A stretch of DNA of 29,729 bases from Tubiluchus corallicola (Eukaryota; Animalia; Priapulida), in NCBI GenBank assembly GCA_030141605.1, contig JAQGDQ010001682.1, forward strand, positions 1 to 29,729, read 5' to 3'. Position numbers and translations under genes: made by a program. The notes below the pieces were generated by a model. It had not been told where the DNA came from. It saw only the letters and a list, made by a program, of their open reading frames with translations, and searched no databases. This document shows, in pieces, positions 11,284-22,669 of this stretch. Position 1 is the first letter of the stretch; the number at the start of each line of letters is the position of its first letter.

Positions 11284-11880
11284 AATAATAATAATAATAA
11301 ATTTATTTGGAAGTGTAAATACAAATACAATATCAAGAAACACTGGGCAAAAATAGATATTAATAATAATGATTACATGACAGTGTGCATATAATAAATG
11401 GTAAGAACCAGAAGTAAAACTTGTTAGGTGCTTGTAGCATTATAAACACGTCCAAATAATGAGAAAAGAAAAAACTGAAGGTATTTAGGCAATTTAAAAA
11501 AAGAGTTGTGCAAAGTAAGGAGAGAAGTGATGGATAAAAGAATGTTCAAAAGGGTAGGAAGAGTGGCTAGTGGAGATTCGGCTCATGAGATGACGAAGCA
11601 CTCTGGATTCTACTCAGAAAGAACACAAAGTTGTGACTGTTGTGTCACACAGGAACAGTAGGTGGTTATCAAGACTAGTTTATATAAGAAGCAAACAGAT
11701 ATCGTTTAACTGACATTTTAAAGCAGTAAATGTTACACTGGTACTTTACATTGGCTGGTAGTGAGTTCCAAAGTTTAGGTCATCAAGTGAGCATGCGGGC
11801 TACATAATTTGTCAAGAATAAGGTACCTTTAGAACAAACGTATTGTTGATTGGCGTTGCTATTAACTGGGTAAACAATAT
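11284..11880 (-). mobile_element. Decayed L2/CR1-group LINE 3' end
   Basis: Minus strand ~11780-11705 reads PKLWNSLPANVK..FK (ORF2 end motif); AATAAA plus (ATT)n tail at ~11285-11307. The upstream boundary is approximate. Confidence 0.65.
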
Positions 11881-12031
11881 TTTCGGCTTGTGGATTTGGT
11901 TAGATGTCTAGATGTGGACAACGGATGTGGGTAACGGATAATTGTTTGGCAGGTTAGCAAGTCATTACACAATGCCCTGCGCAGGACTGCATAACTGCAC
12001 TACTACTGCAAAACTGGTCAACATATCAATA

Positions 12032-12222
<191 letters not shown>

Positions 12223-12465
12223 AACTGCGCCAAACAGACACTAGCCTAGGGCTCCAATTTCTGAAAGTGATTCTCTAAGTTTTAAGTTAGTTTAAACATA
12301 ATTTTATTTGATAAAGAGTACTACAATCACAAGTGCATTTATAATAAAAAAACAATGGGTAATTAATCAAATTGGCTAGCAGGTATGAGCTATATAAAGC
12401 CTTTCAGTGAGTAAATACGTTATTTAGAAGTTAAGCACATGGTTATAAGAACTGTTAGTTATGTA

Positions 12466-12787
12466 CAGTCGACCCTCGTTAAACCGGACCCCGTTAGCCC
12501 GGATATCGGATAAGACGGACGTCATCCGTGGTAAAGGAAACTGACCGATTTCCGTCCGAGCCCGAGCGCTAAACACAACACGGCCTACCAACTGTACAAT
12601 AATTTCTTTATCCTCACAGGTTAACTATTTTAAAGTAATATACAGTATAGTATATAGTGCAATGTATATAGGCCTTATTAAGGTGATTATTCCTGTATAA
12701 TATAGACCATATATAGGCATATCGGATAAATCGGTCAATCGGCTAAACCGGACCCCCCCATTAGTCCGGTTTAACGAGGGTTGACTG
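12466..12787. mobile_element. Tigger/pogo-like MITE
   Basis: 24-bp TIR CAGTCGACCCTCGTTAAACCGGAC / GTCCGGTTTAACGAGGGTTGACTG (1 mismatch), TA on both sides. Confidence 0.9.
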
Positions 12788-13538
12788 TATTAAGTAAAAG
12801 TGAAATTAAGAAGGTTTGTAGCTTGGTTTTTGAATAGCGGTGTGCGAAAGGGCGGGACAGGTTGGTTATGATGTGTTTGATGATGATAGTCCCAAAAATA
12901 GAATGAGTGATGAAGAAGCTAACGAAAGAAAAATGAAAGTTTTCGGGGTCAGGGGAATGCAAGAGTGTAAATAATTTGCCCTGTAAGGTAGAATTTAGTG
13001 ATTTCAATGAACTATAGTTTTAGTTTTATTGACTAAAGCACCAACTTTGTGTAATAAATGAAATGACAGCAGATACTATAGCATTGTTAGAATCAGGAGA
13101 CAGTGCGGTATCGCCACTTAGTAGTATCTGAATGTTATTCCGAGAGAGTGCATTTATAGGATAGATGTACTGGGTACGGATTTGTTAAGTTTTAAGTTCT
13201 GCATATATCGTAATATTTGTGTATTTGCTTAAAGAAAGACCGGATGATTGTTTAGTCTCAATCTCATTTTAATTTACTGTCCAAAATATATATTTTCTTA
13301 CCTATAAAAGTTGACAATTGTTCCTTATATTTGAATAATTAGCTTAGAGAGTTAATTAATGGCAGCCGAACACAGCTAAAATCAGAGTGACTGCACACTT
13401 ACACATTGTATATTAATACTAGGCGTTCATTTTATGCGTTTTTTATTTGCTGATCATCGAACTAAATCCCAGTCGTTGTTTACTGAGTTTTGCGAATTTG
13501 ATGGCCATATTGTTTCACTTGCATTACTCACACTTTAG

Positions 13539-13664
13539 GCGGAAACCGAGAGACTGAAAGGAGCCGTAGGCGAGCGGAAACAGCGAGCGCAGAGGGTGCT
13601 CCTGCAAGCGAAGAGGAACATCGGCCTGCTGCCGAACGAGGAAATCCCGGAAAATGAAATGAAG
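13539..13664 (+). CDS. SMC5: SMC5 exon D
   Basis: cactttag|GCG..AAG|gtgcgt, 126 nt; AETERLKGAVGERKQRAQRVLLQAKRNIGLLPNEEIPENEMK fills the expected gap in the protein. Confidence 0.82.
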
Positions 13665-14758
13665 GTGCGTTAAACAAATAAATTGTGTTTGGCTGGTCGT
13701 GGACAGTAGCTGCAATCACATCACATCAAATGGTGTTAATTCCAAAGATTTTCCTTGATACTTCCTACAAGAAAAGGGGCACCTGAAGTAGGTTTCAGAA
13801 AAATCGCCTTAAAAAATTATATTACTTTACAGCAATTTTATGCGTATATCTTACTCGCACTGAAAGGAATTTTAGTTTGTTTTCATTTTAAATCTCCCGC
13901 AATACTGTTCCGAAGTCGCCATTACATGACGTCATGTACCAAACGTAAATCAAGGGAAGAAAAGGAAATGTTAAATTATATCTCAAAATACTTTCCATGC
14001 AAATCTATATTACTTAGATTTTCACTTACCTGCTAGAAAGATTTATGTAACGAGAAAAGAAAATTATTAATTATTTAAAAATGTTTCCACCAATTGGTAA
14101 AATGTCGCTGACTCACCCTCCAGGGTGCACCACCCACTAACCAAAAAACGTATTTTTAATCTTATTGACGAGATACAGTAATTTTAAATTTTATTTAGTT
14201 AGTGACTTGTGCACTACGAATGCTCTGATTATTTTTTCAAACTTTGCAAAATGTTATCTAAACTTGTTTCAAATGACCTGTCGTGAAAATGGCTGCGTCT
14301 AACGGTCATCGCGGGAGTTTAAATTTACACGTTTTATACAGCGTGACTGCCGATTGAAGGCCTGCACGCAAAAAGGCAGTTTGCAAGCGATATAAAATTT
14401 CAAAACGAATTTTTCAAGCTTTATGTTTATGAAGGGTTTTCTTGTGCTTTCATCGTACCAATTGTTGAAGATTTTGACTTACAGTTGTTTACAATTGACA
14501 ATGTGGAGAGGACCCCAAGAAACGTTTTGTTTGTTCAATAAAAATGTTAAATTTCATCAGTGATGCCAGCTTTTATAGCTGATGTCTTTATGTGTTAGCA
14601 ATTTCGTAGTTTGATATGCTGTTTTTTCGTTGTTTTTTTAATTGATTCATTTTTTTGCATTAATTGTCATTATTTTTGTCGTTAAAAATTAAAATCGCGA
14701 TGTCGCTTGATCTCCTTTGTTGGTTTTCATTCAAAAATTTCTCGTATTTTTTTTACAG

Positions 14759-14854
14759 GAAATGCGATTACTTCCGGACACCGTTGACGAGTTAGATGCG
14801 TGTATACACGACGAAGAAGCGAGAGCCGAATGCCTGATGGAAACCAGCGAAGAC
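14759..14854 (+). CDS. SMC5: SMC5 exon E
   Basis: ttttacag|GAA..GAC|gtaagg, 96 nt. LPDTVDELDACIHDEEARAEC vs recalled [21 protein letters not shown]. Confidence 0.92.
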
Positions 14855-15273
14855 GTAAGGCCATTTTGAAATTAAAAACACACAGTTGAAGCGGTGGAAA
14901 TTTTAATTTAAAAAAAATGCATTGTGTAAATTTCAGGATTTCTGTCAATCTTGACAAACAGTTCATGTTTATACTGTTATGCTGTTATGATTAGGGGTTA
15001 AGTGAGTACACTCATAGAAACGTTTCTTCTTCTCTTCTGCTCCCATGACTTACTTACATCTAATAGTACCTTCATGTCATCTCTTTTCACCACGCATCTC
15101 TTTCATCCTGCCTGTAACACTTATCAACCCACCATGCATTGCATTCGGGCGTTCCAGGCTCTCTTTTAGCTCAGCTGCAAACAGTTACATCTTTTGTTCA
15201 CTAATAATTGCCTGCTTACTTGACAAGTAACGGTTGTAATTTTTGTTTTCAGTTTGTATAATTGTATGTAGTA

Positions 15274-15711
15274 CCGTATTTTCCCGTGTATAAGAGACCC
15301 TTTTTTGCTCAGAATTTTCACTTTAAAAATGGGGCGTCTCTTATACATGGGAGTAAGTCTTTTCAATAAGATGCATAAATTGTGACACTAACGATTTTAA
15401 AGAAATAAGTGCTCTACAACTGTTTTGCGTGTGGCGTTCGACTATGAAGCGGTTGTAAGCAATACAAGCATCGTGACACAGGCATTATCTCCTCGTTTTC
15501 TCTTTTCCTGTTACAGGTTTGCAGGTACGCACTTTAATATATACCAGTACTCTTTTTCTACAACACATTAACTGGTTTTATTTTGTTTTCAGTACCGCAC
15601 TGAGTTGAAAAAAGTTGTACTCTACCCTCTAAAAATGTCCGTCTGAAAAAACGTTTTTCCAGAATTTTTGCCTAAAAATTGAAGGGGTCTCTTATACACG
15701 GGAAAATACGG
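15274..15711 (+). mobile_element. pogo/Tc2-type MITE, subtype A
   Basis: TIR CCGTATTTTCCCGTGTATAAGAGACCC, TA TSD; near-identical to 24579-25033. Confidence 0.92.
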
Positions 15712-16182
15712 TATATGTTATTATGTAATTGTAATGGTGTTTTGTCTAATAAACAAAACAAATAAAAAAAAAACTTTTAATCATTATGGCTGATAAGAAG
15801 GTAAATTAAGACCGAACTTACAACTTTACGATGTGGTGAAAGTTGATAGTGACATATAATATATGCATAGTTTATATAAAAAATCCAGAGGTGTATTTAT
15901 CAATACACTAACTAGACTGTAGCGTATGGCAAGAAAATTTTGATGAGCACCAGATTTTATGTTCACTGTGTTAAAATATTCATATTCTCCTTAGAAAATG
16001 CGTTTCCTTTCACATTCATGTAAAGCCCGTATTTTATAATGCACCACAAGCAGTTAGTGCATTTGGTTTTATATAAGTTACTGTAATGGTGTATTTGTCT
16101 AATAAAGAAAGAAACAAAGAAACAAATTGGTGCATAGAGAATTCGTAATGTTCTGGATTTGTATGTAGTATAGGTTTTACAC

Positions 16183-18570
16183 GTCAAATGTAGACACAGG
16201 AAAGTTCATATGTGACTTAGGTAAGTCAAATGTAGACACAGGAAAGTTCAAATGTGACTTAGGTAAGTCAAATGTAGACACAGGAAAGTTCAAATGTGAC
16301 TTAGGTAAATCAAATGTAGACACAGGAAAGTTCAAATGTGACTTAGGTAAGTCAAATGTAGACACAGGAAAGTTCAAATGTGACTTAGGTAAGTCAAATG
16401 TAGACACAGGAAAGTTCAAATGTGACTTAGGTAAGTCAAATGTAGACACAGGAAAGTTCAAATGTGACTTAGGTAAGTCAAATGTAGACACAGGAAAGTT
16501 CAAATGCGACTTAGGTAAGTCAAATGTAGACACAGGAAAGTTCAAATGCGACTTAGGTAAGTCAAATGTAGACACAGGAAAGTTCAAATGTGACTTAGGT
16601 AAGTCAAATGTAGACACAGGAAAGTTCAAATGTGACTTAGGTAAGTCAAATGTAGACACAGGAAAGTTCAAATGTGACTTAGGTAAGTCAAATGTAGACA
16701 CAGGAAAGTTCAAATGTGACTTAGGTAAGTCAAATGTAGACACAGGAAAGTTCAAATGTGACTTAGGTAAGTCAAATGTAGACACAGGAAAGTTCAAATG
16801 TGACTTAGGTAAGTCAAATGTAGACACAGGAAAGTTCAAATGTGACTTAGGTAAGTCAAATGTAGACACAGGAAAGTTCAAATGTGACTTAGGTAAGTCA
16901 AATGTAGACACAGGAAAGTTCAAATGTGACTTAGGTAAGTCAAATGTAGACACAGGAAAGTTCAAATGTGACTTAGGTAAGTCAAATGTAGACACAGGAA
17001 AGTTCAAATGTGACTTAGGTAAGTCAAATGTAGACACAGGAAAGTTCAAATGTGACTTAGGTAAGTCAAATGTAGACACAGGAAAGTTCAAATGTGACTT
17101 AGGTAAGTCAAATGTAGACACAGGAAAGTTCAAATGTGACTTAGGTAAGTCAAATGTAGACACAGGAAAGTTCAAATGTGACTTAGGTAAGTCAAATGTA
17201 GACACAGGAAAGTTCAAATGTGACTTAGGTAAGTCAAATGTAGACACAGGAAAGTTCAAATGTGACTTAGGTAAGTCAAATGTAGACACAGGAAAGTTCA
17301 AATGTGACTTAGGTAAGTCAAATGTAGACACAGGAAAGTTCAAATGTGACTTAGGTAAGTCAAATGTAGACACAGGAAAGTTCAAATGTGACTTAGGTAA
17401 GTCAAATGTAGACACAGGAAAGTTCAAATGTGACTTAGGTAAGTCAAATGTAGACACAGGAAAGTTCAAATGTGACTTAGGTAAGTCAAATGTAGACACA
17501 GGAAAGTTCAAATGTGACTTAGGTAAGTCAAATGTAGACACAGGAAAGTTCAAATGTGACTTAGGTAAGTCAAATGTAGACACAGGAAAGTTCAAATGCG
17601 ACTTAGGTAAGTCAAATGTAGACACAGGAAAGTTCAAATGCGACTTAGGTAAGTCAAATGTAGACACAGGAAAGTTCAAATGTGACTTAGGTAAGTCAAA
17701 TGTAGACACAGGAAAGTTCAAATGTGACTTAGGTAAGTCAAATGTAGACACAGGAAAGTTCAAATGTTTAGGTAAGTCAAATGTAGACACAGGAAAGTTC
17801 AAATGTGACTTAGGTAAGTCAAATGTAGACACAGGAAAGTTCAAATGTGACTTAGGTAAGTCAAATGTAGACACAGGAAAGTTCAAATTCAAATGTAGAC
17901 ACAGGAAAGTTCAAATGTGACTTAGGTAAGTCAAATGTGACTTAGGTAAGTCAAATGTAGACACAGGAAAGTTCAAATGTGACTTAGGTAAGTCAAATGT
18001 AGACATAGGAAAGTTCAAATGTGACTTAGGTAAGTCAAATGTAGACACAGGAAAGTTCAAATGTGACTTAGGTAAGTCAAATGTAGACACAGGAAAGTTC
18101 AAATGTGACTTAGGTAAGTCAAATGTAGACACAGGAAAGTTCAAATGTGACTTAGGTAAGTCAAATGTAGACACAGGAAAGTTCAAATGTGACTTAGGTA
18201 AGTCAAATGTAGACACAGGAAAGTTCAAATGTGACTTAGGTAAGTCAAATGTAGACATAGGAAACTTCAAATGTGACTTACGTAAGTCAAATGTAGACAC
18301 AGGAAAGTTCAAATGTGACTTAGGTAAGTCAAATGTAGACACAGGAAAGTTCAAATGTGACTTAGGTAAGTCAAATGTAGACACAGGAAAGTTCAAATGT
18401 GACTTAGGTAAGTCAAATGTAGACACAGGAAAGTTCAAATGTGACTTAGGTAAGTCAAATGTAGACACAGGAAAGTTCAAATGCGACTTACGTATGTCAA
18501 ATGTAGACAGAGGAATTTCGAATGTGTTTTGGTAGCTCAAATGTGACTTAGGTATGTCAAATGTAGATAC
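16183..18570. repeat. 42-bp minisatellite, about 55 copies
   Basis: GTCAAATGTAGACACAGGAAAGTTCAAATGTGACTTAGGTAA, highly homogeneous, made of two TCAAATGT subunits. Confidence 0.98.
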
Positions 18571-19004
18571 ATTACTTTGAATAAACAGACAGGTAATTAG
18601 CTCATTTAAGTGCAAATTACAAACCGATAAACCAAAGATAGTCATCACCTCTTTCATAACTTTGAAAAATGTGTTGTTTATCCCTTCCCAAAAACAGTGA
18701 ATCACTAATTAGTTTTTTCAGTAATGCATTAGCACTGCATTAATGAATTAGTATCTCTCAAGAAACGTTGTTTATTTTAAGAATGTATTGTTTGTTTTCT
18801 CTAACAGTTCCAATGGTATGTAAAGTTTGCAGAATATTAGTGAACTATTAGTAGACCTATGAAGTTATTATTTTCACAGCAATTATTAAATTAATATTAA
18901 AGGAGATTAAATTTAACATCCTTAAACTTTACCACCTATCCACATTTGAGATACCAATGTCACATTTGACTTGACATGTGTTAAGATTTCTTGAAAACCA
19001 TTGT

Positions 19005-19300
19005 TAACACATTTGAACTACCTAATTCTACATTTGAGTTACCAAGACACATTTGAACTACCTATATATACATTTAAGTTACCAAGACACATTTGAACTA
19101 CCTAATTCTACATTTGAGTTACCAAGACACATTTGAACTACCTAAATCTACATTTAAGTGACCAAGACACATTTGAATTACCTAAATCTACATTTAAGTT
19201 ACCAAGACACATTTGAACTACCTAATTCTACATTTGAGTTACCAAGACACATTTGAATTACCTAAATCTACATTTAAGTTAACGTCGGTCTACATTTGAC
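19005..19300. repeat. 40-bp tandem repeat, about 7 copies; inverted relative of the 42-bp unit
   Basis: ACACATTTGAACTACCTAATTCTACATTTGAGTTACCAAG. Confidence 0.92.
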
Positions 19301-19357
19301 ATGTAAAACCTATAATTACTAAAAAAAAACGTAATTTTTATTTCCGCCCTGTCCTAG

Positions 19358-19492
19358 GTGGTTGTGGAATATGAGAGAAGAAAAGAGATAATAGAGCGTT
19401 TAGAGACAGATGTGGAAGAGAAAAAGAGAACTCTAGACACTCACAACGAAGATATGACTGAGATTAGATCACAGTGGTTAGAACCGCTGCAG
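19358..19492 (+). CDS. SMC5: SMC5 exon F
   Basis: gtcctag|GTG..CAG|gtgagt, 135 nt. VVVEYERRKEIIERL..IRSQWLEPLQ vs recalled IVQEYTKREEEIEQL..VKERWLNPLK. Confidence 0.93.
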
Positions 19493-19554
19493 GTGAGTAA
19501 TTTGGCTTCGCGCACAAGTTAACGTGCTGATAAGGTTCATGGCACTAGATTTTT

Positions 19555-19986
19555 CAATTCAATTCAGTTTTAATTTATTTATGTCTTTATAATGCTACGA
19601 TAAAACATGATTAATAAAAAAATCGCTAATAAGTTTTGAAGAATGGTTAAAATGTATAGATAGATGTAGAACTAGAGAAAGGATAGCGAAAAGACAATTC
19701 AGTTCAATTCAATTTCAATTTATTTACCTCTTTATAATGCTACAATAAAACATGATTAATAAAAAAAATTGCTAATAAGTTTTGAAGAATGGTTAGAATG
19801 AATAGATAGATCTAGAACTAGAGAAAGGATAGCAAAAAGACAATTCAGTTCAATTCAATTTCAATTTATTTACCTCTTTATAGTACTACAATAAAACATG
19901 ATTAATAAAAGAATCTCTAATAAGTTTTGAAGAGTGGTTAAAATATATAGATAGATCTAGAACTAGAGAAAGGATAGCGAAAAGAC
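19555..19986. repeat. About 145-bp unit x3, resembling a LINE 3' end in minus orientation
   Basis: Each copy starts (CAATT)n..TTTATTT and ends GAACTAGAGAAAGGATAGC.AAAAGAC. Confidence 0.85.
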
Positions 19987-20099
19987 TATAAAGTCACCTG
20001 GTCTGTTATCTTTTACCGAATATAGATAAAAAGATTTTTAGACACTGGTGGGCATTAATATTATCAGTTTAATTTAGGAAAGACTAATTACTTTAAAAT

Positions 20100-20700
20100 C
20101 ATGACATCTGCTATATAATTAAGTAATCCAGAGTAAAGAATATACATGTACTTTAATTAGCGGGCAACAAAATAAGGTCAATCTTGATTAAACTAAAAAT
20201 AGCATTTAGATTTTATGTAAAATACACGTCAAAATTGTTATGAAATGATAAAAACACTTTGGGTTAATAATGCAATTAATCAACAACAGGAGTTAAATAC
20301 ATTTTGATTTGAGTTCAACTTCATTATTTCTAGGCTTATTGATTAAGAACAAATCTACTGACTTGGACAATAATACTAAATAATATAATTCTCAATATAC
20401 TGATGAGACAAACATTTAGCTATGCAGGTTTTTTAATAATTTTATAAAGGAGAGATAAGACTTGTGCAATCTGTGGAACAACACCTGTAGAAATTTAAAA
20501 GTGTTGCTTGCGTATTTTGAACTGTGATGACTTATTTATTGCATAGTCAAATTTATTTGTTATTTAGAATTTATAAAACTACACTTGTTGTCTGGTTGCT
20601 CACTTGTAAAAAATGACTTGGCATTGGGAACGGGAATTTGAGGAGTTTTCAAAATCTTTTTGAACTGGTCTTACACCCTCTTTAAAAATGACCTGAAAAT
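20100..20700 (-). mobile_element. Possible highly decayed LINE RT remnant
   Basis: Frameshifted minus-strand fragments TGVVP..IAQV..PLYK..ENY.., reminiscent of the CR1/L2 pre-RT region. Confidence 0.3.
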
Positions 20701-20814
20701 TAGAACAGAGTTACAATAAATTCGTCAAAAAGCAAGTAGCAAAATAGTGATATCAACAACAAGCTGGTGCTTTTTTCAGCCCATGCTTTTGCCTGCATTA
20801 GTAATCATGTAGTG

Positions 20815-21314
20815 CAGGGGTGTGCAAATTGCGGCCCGTGGGCCACCTGCGGCCCGCCGAAAGAATTTGTGTGGCCCGCGAAGAGATTTGTCAACCTAAT
20901 GAAAGTGCGGCCCGGGCGATTAATTGAGTGTATCCAGCTGAAGTCCGTGCCACGATCCCAAAGATAGTGCGGGTAGTTTTTTCTACTAGATCGAATGCCA
21001 TTAACCCTTGCAAGACGGTTGTAGCTTAATGTCACTGTACAACACAGACTGTGTGATACACATTACTAATATGCATTGTAATGAAATTACCACTATCTGT
21101 CCTGAAAGTAGAAATATATGGTTTGTAATATAAATTTTAATAACTTCCAAAATAGTTTCTTGAGTGTATTTGTAATGATGTACGCAGGTCGGATGCAAAA
21201 AAATCGTTATTAGGCCTTTCTGTACTTGGCTCCTTGATCAAACTGCCTGTGGCCCACAGGAATTGCGGGAAAGTTTAATGTGGCCCGGCTAGTCAGATAA
21301 TTTGCCCACCCCTG
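20815..21314 (+). mobile_element. hAT (Charlie-like) MITE, longer copy
   Basis: TIRs CAGGGGTGTGCAAATT / AATTTGCCCACCCCTG; interior homologous to 5429-5738; no matching TSD. Confidence 0.85.
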
Positions 21315-21532
21315 TCCTAACTCAAAGTTTTTTCGATTTGGTTGGAATTAAGTTTGCAGAGTTTACTGTAAAAAAAAACTAGGGGGGGGGGATAATGTGC
21401 AATGAACAATCGCGCATTGGTTTGGTAATAAAGGAAGAACATATAGAAGCACTACCTGGAAGTAAAAAATAAACTAACATTAGCAAAATATTTATTCCTT
21501 ATTTATTTACTAACTAAATAATTTATTTATTA

Positions 21533-21948
21533 CCGTATTTTCCCATGACCCTTTTTTGCTCAGAATTTTCACTTTAAAAATAGGGGGTCTCTTATACATG
21601 GGAGTAAGCCAACCGTTGGAGAAGTCTGCAGCTGGGTCCTGAAGGCGTGGAATGGTGTAAAGCCAGAGGTCATTATTAAATCTTTCAAGAAGTGTGGCAT
21701 CTCCAATGCCATGGACGGCACAGAGGACAATGCCATTTTTGAGCAGAGTGACTCCTCTGATGATGAACTGGCTGGAATTGCTGAAGGTCTGACTCCAGTT
21801 GATATTTTTGATGAGAGTGATGAGGAATTTAATGATTTCTATGATGAATAAAGTTATTCATTACCAAAAAACTTTTTTCCAGAATTTTTGCCTAAAAATT
21901 GAAGGGGTCTCTTATACACAAGGGTCTCTTATACATGGGAAAATACGG
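21533..21948 (+). mobile_element. pogo/Tc2-type deletion derivative, subtype B, with transposase C-terminus
   Basis: Same TIRs (left one partly deleted), TA TSD; interior encodes WVLKAWNGVKPEVIIKSFKKCGISNAMDGTEDNAIF plus an acidic tail. Confidence 0.92.
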
Positions 21949-22252
21949 TAACTAAATATTTACTTATAAACTAAATATTTATTGGTTAATAAATATTTGT
22001 TTCTAAACTAAATATTTATTTATTAAGTACATTAACAAAACAGCTTAAATTAAGTTTTGATAAAGTTGTGATGTTTTAACAACAAAATATCTGCTCTGAT
22101 TTTGATGTGCCGTCATGATATCATCCAGTTATTAGTTGATAAATATTTATAATAATAAATAATATTTGTTTAACATCTACGAAATCCTAAGATTAAAATT
22201 TAGCGATATCCTAAAAGCGTCAAACGCACCACACCGTCTTGTTGGCATATAC

Positions 22253-22253
22253 A

Positions 22254-22341
<88 letters not shown>

Positions 22342-22547
22342 TTATTTATTTTTTGCCTTCAAAATAACAATCATAGATAGTATAGAACAATGATTTACAA
22401 AGATTAAAGAAGGGAGGGATGGTGAAAGACCAAAAGGTCATCTAGTCTGCCATCCCTAAATAGCGAGTCTACTAACTTCAGCATGGCGAGCAAATATCAT
22501 TAGAACAAAATAAAGATTTGAATAGGAAAACAGATCAAAATTAAATT
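22253..22547 (-). mobile_element. CR1-type LINE 3' end with long (ATT)n tail, copy 2
   Basis: Homologous to 4992-5212; (AAT)n at ~22257-22341. Confidence 0.7.
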
Positions 22548-22669
22548 AATAGCAAACAATTATGGTAAATAAAATTATGCAAATTTACGCAAAACAAAGT
22601 GAAAACAAAGTTAGTAAATCAGAGTTCTATGAGCAAAAATAACTAATTAAAAGCAAAATAAAGTTACCC

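Larger units (their letters stand above)
16173..19310. mobile_element. Foldback-like non-autonomous DNA transposon with tandem-repeat arms
   Basis: Ends GGTTTTACACGTCAAATGTAGAC / GTCTACATTTGACATGTAAAACC (1 mismatch), TATA on both sides; the arms carry related CAAATGT repeats in opposite orientation. Confidence 0.8.

Noticed and set aside
16183-18570. CRISPR array
   Set aside because: No unique spacers, no cas genes, eukaryotic context.
16177-18705. 571-aa and 264-aa ORFs (HLNFPVSTFDLPKS)n
   Set aside because: By-product of a stop-free 42-bp unit inside a TIR element, with no unique domains.
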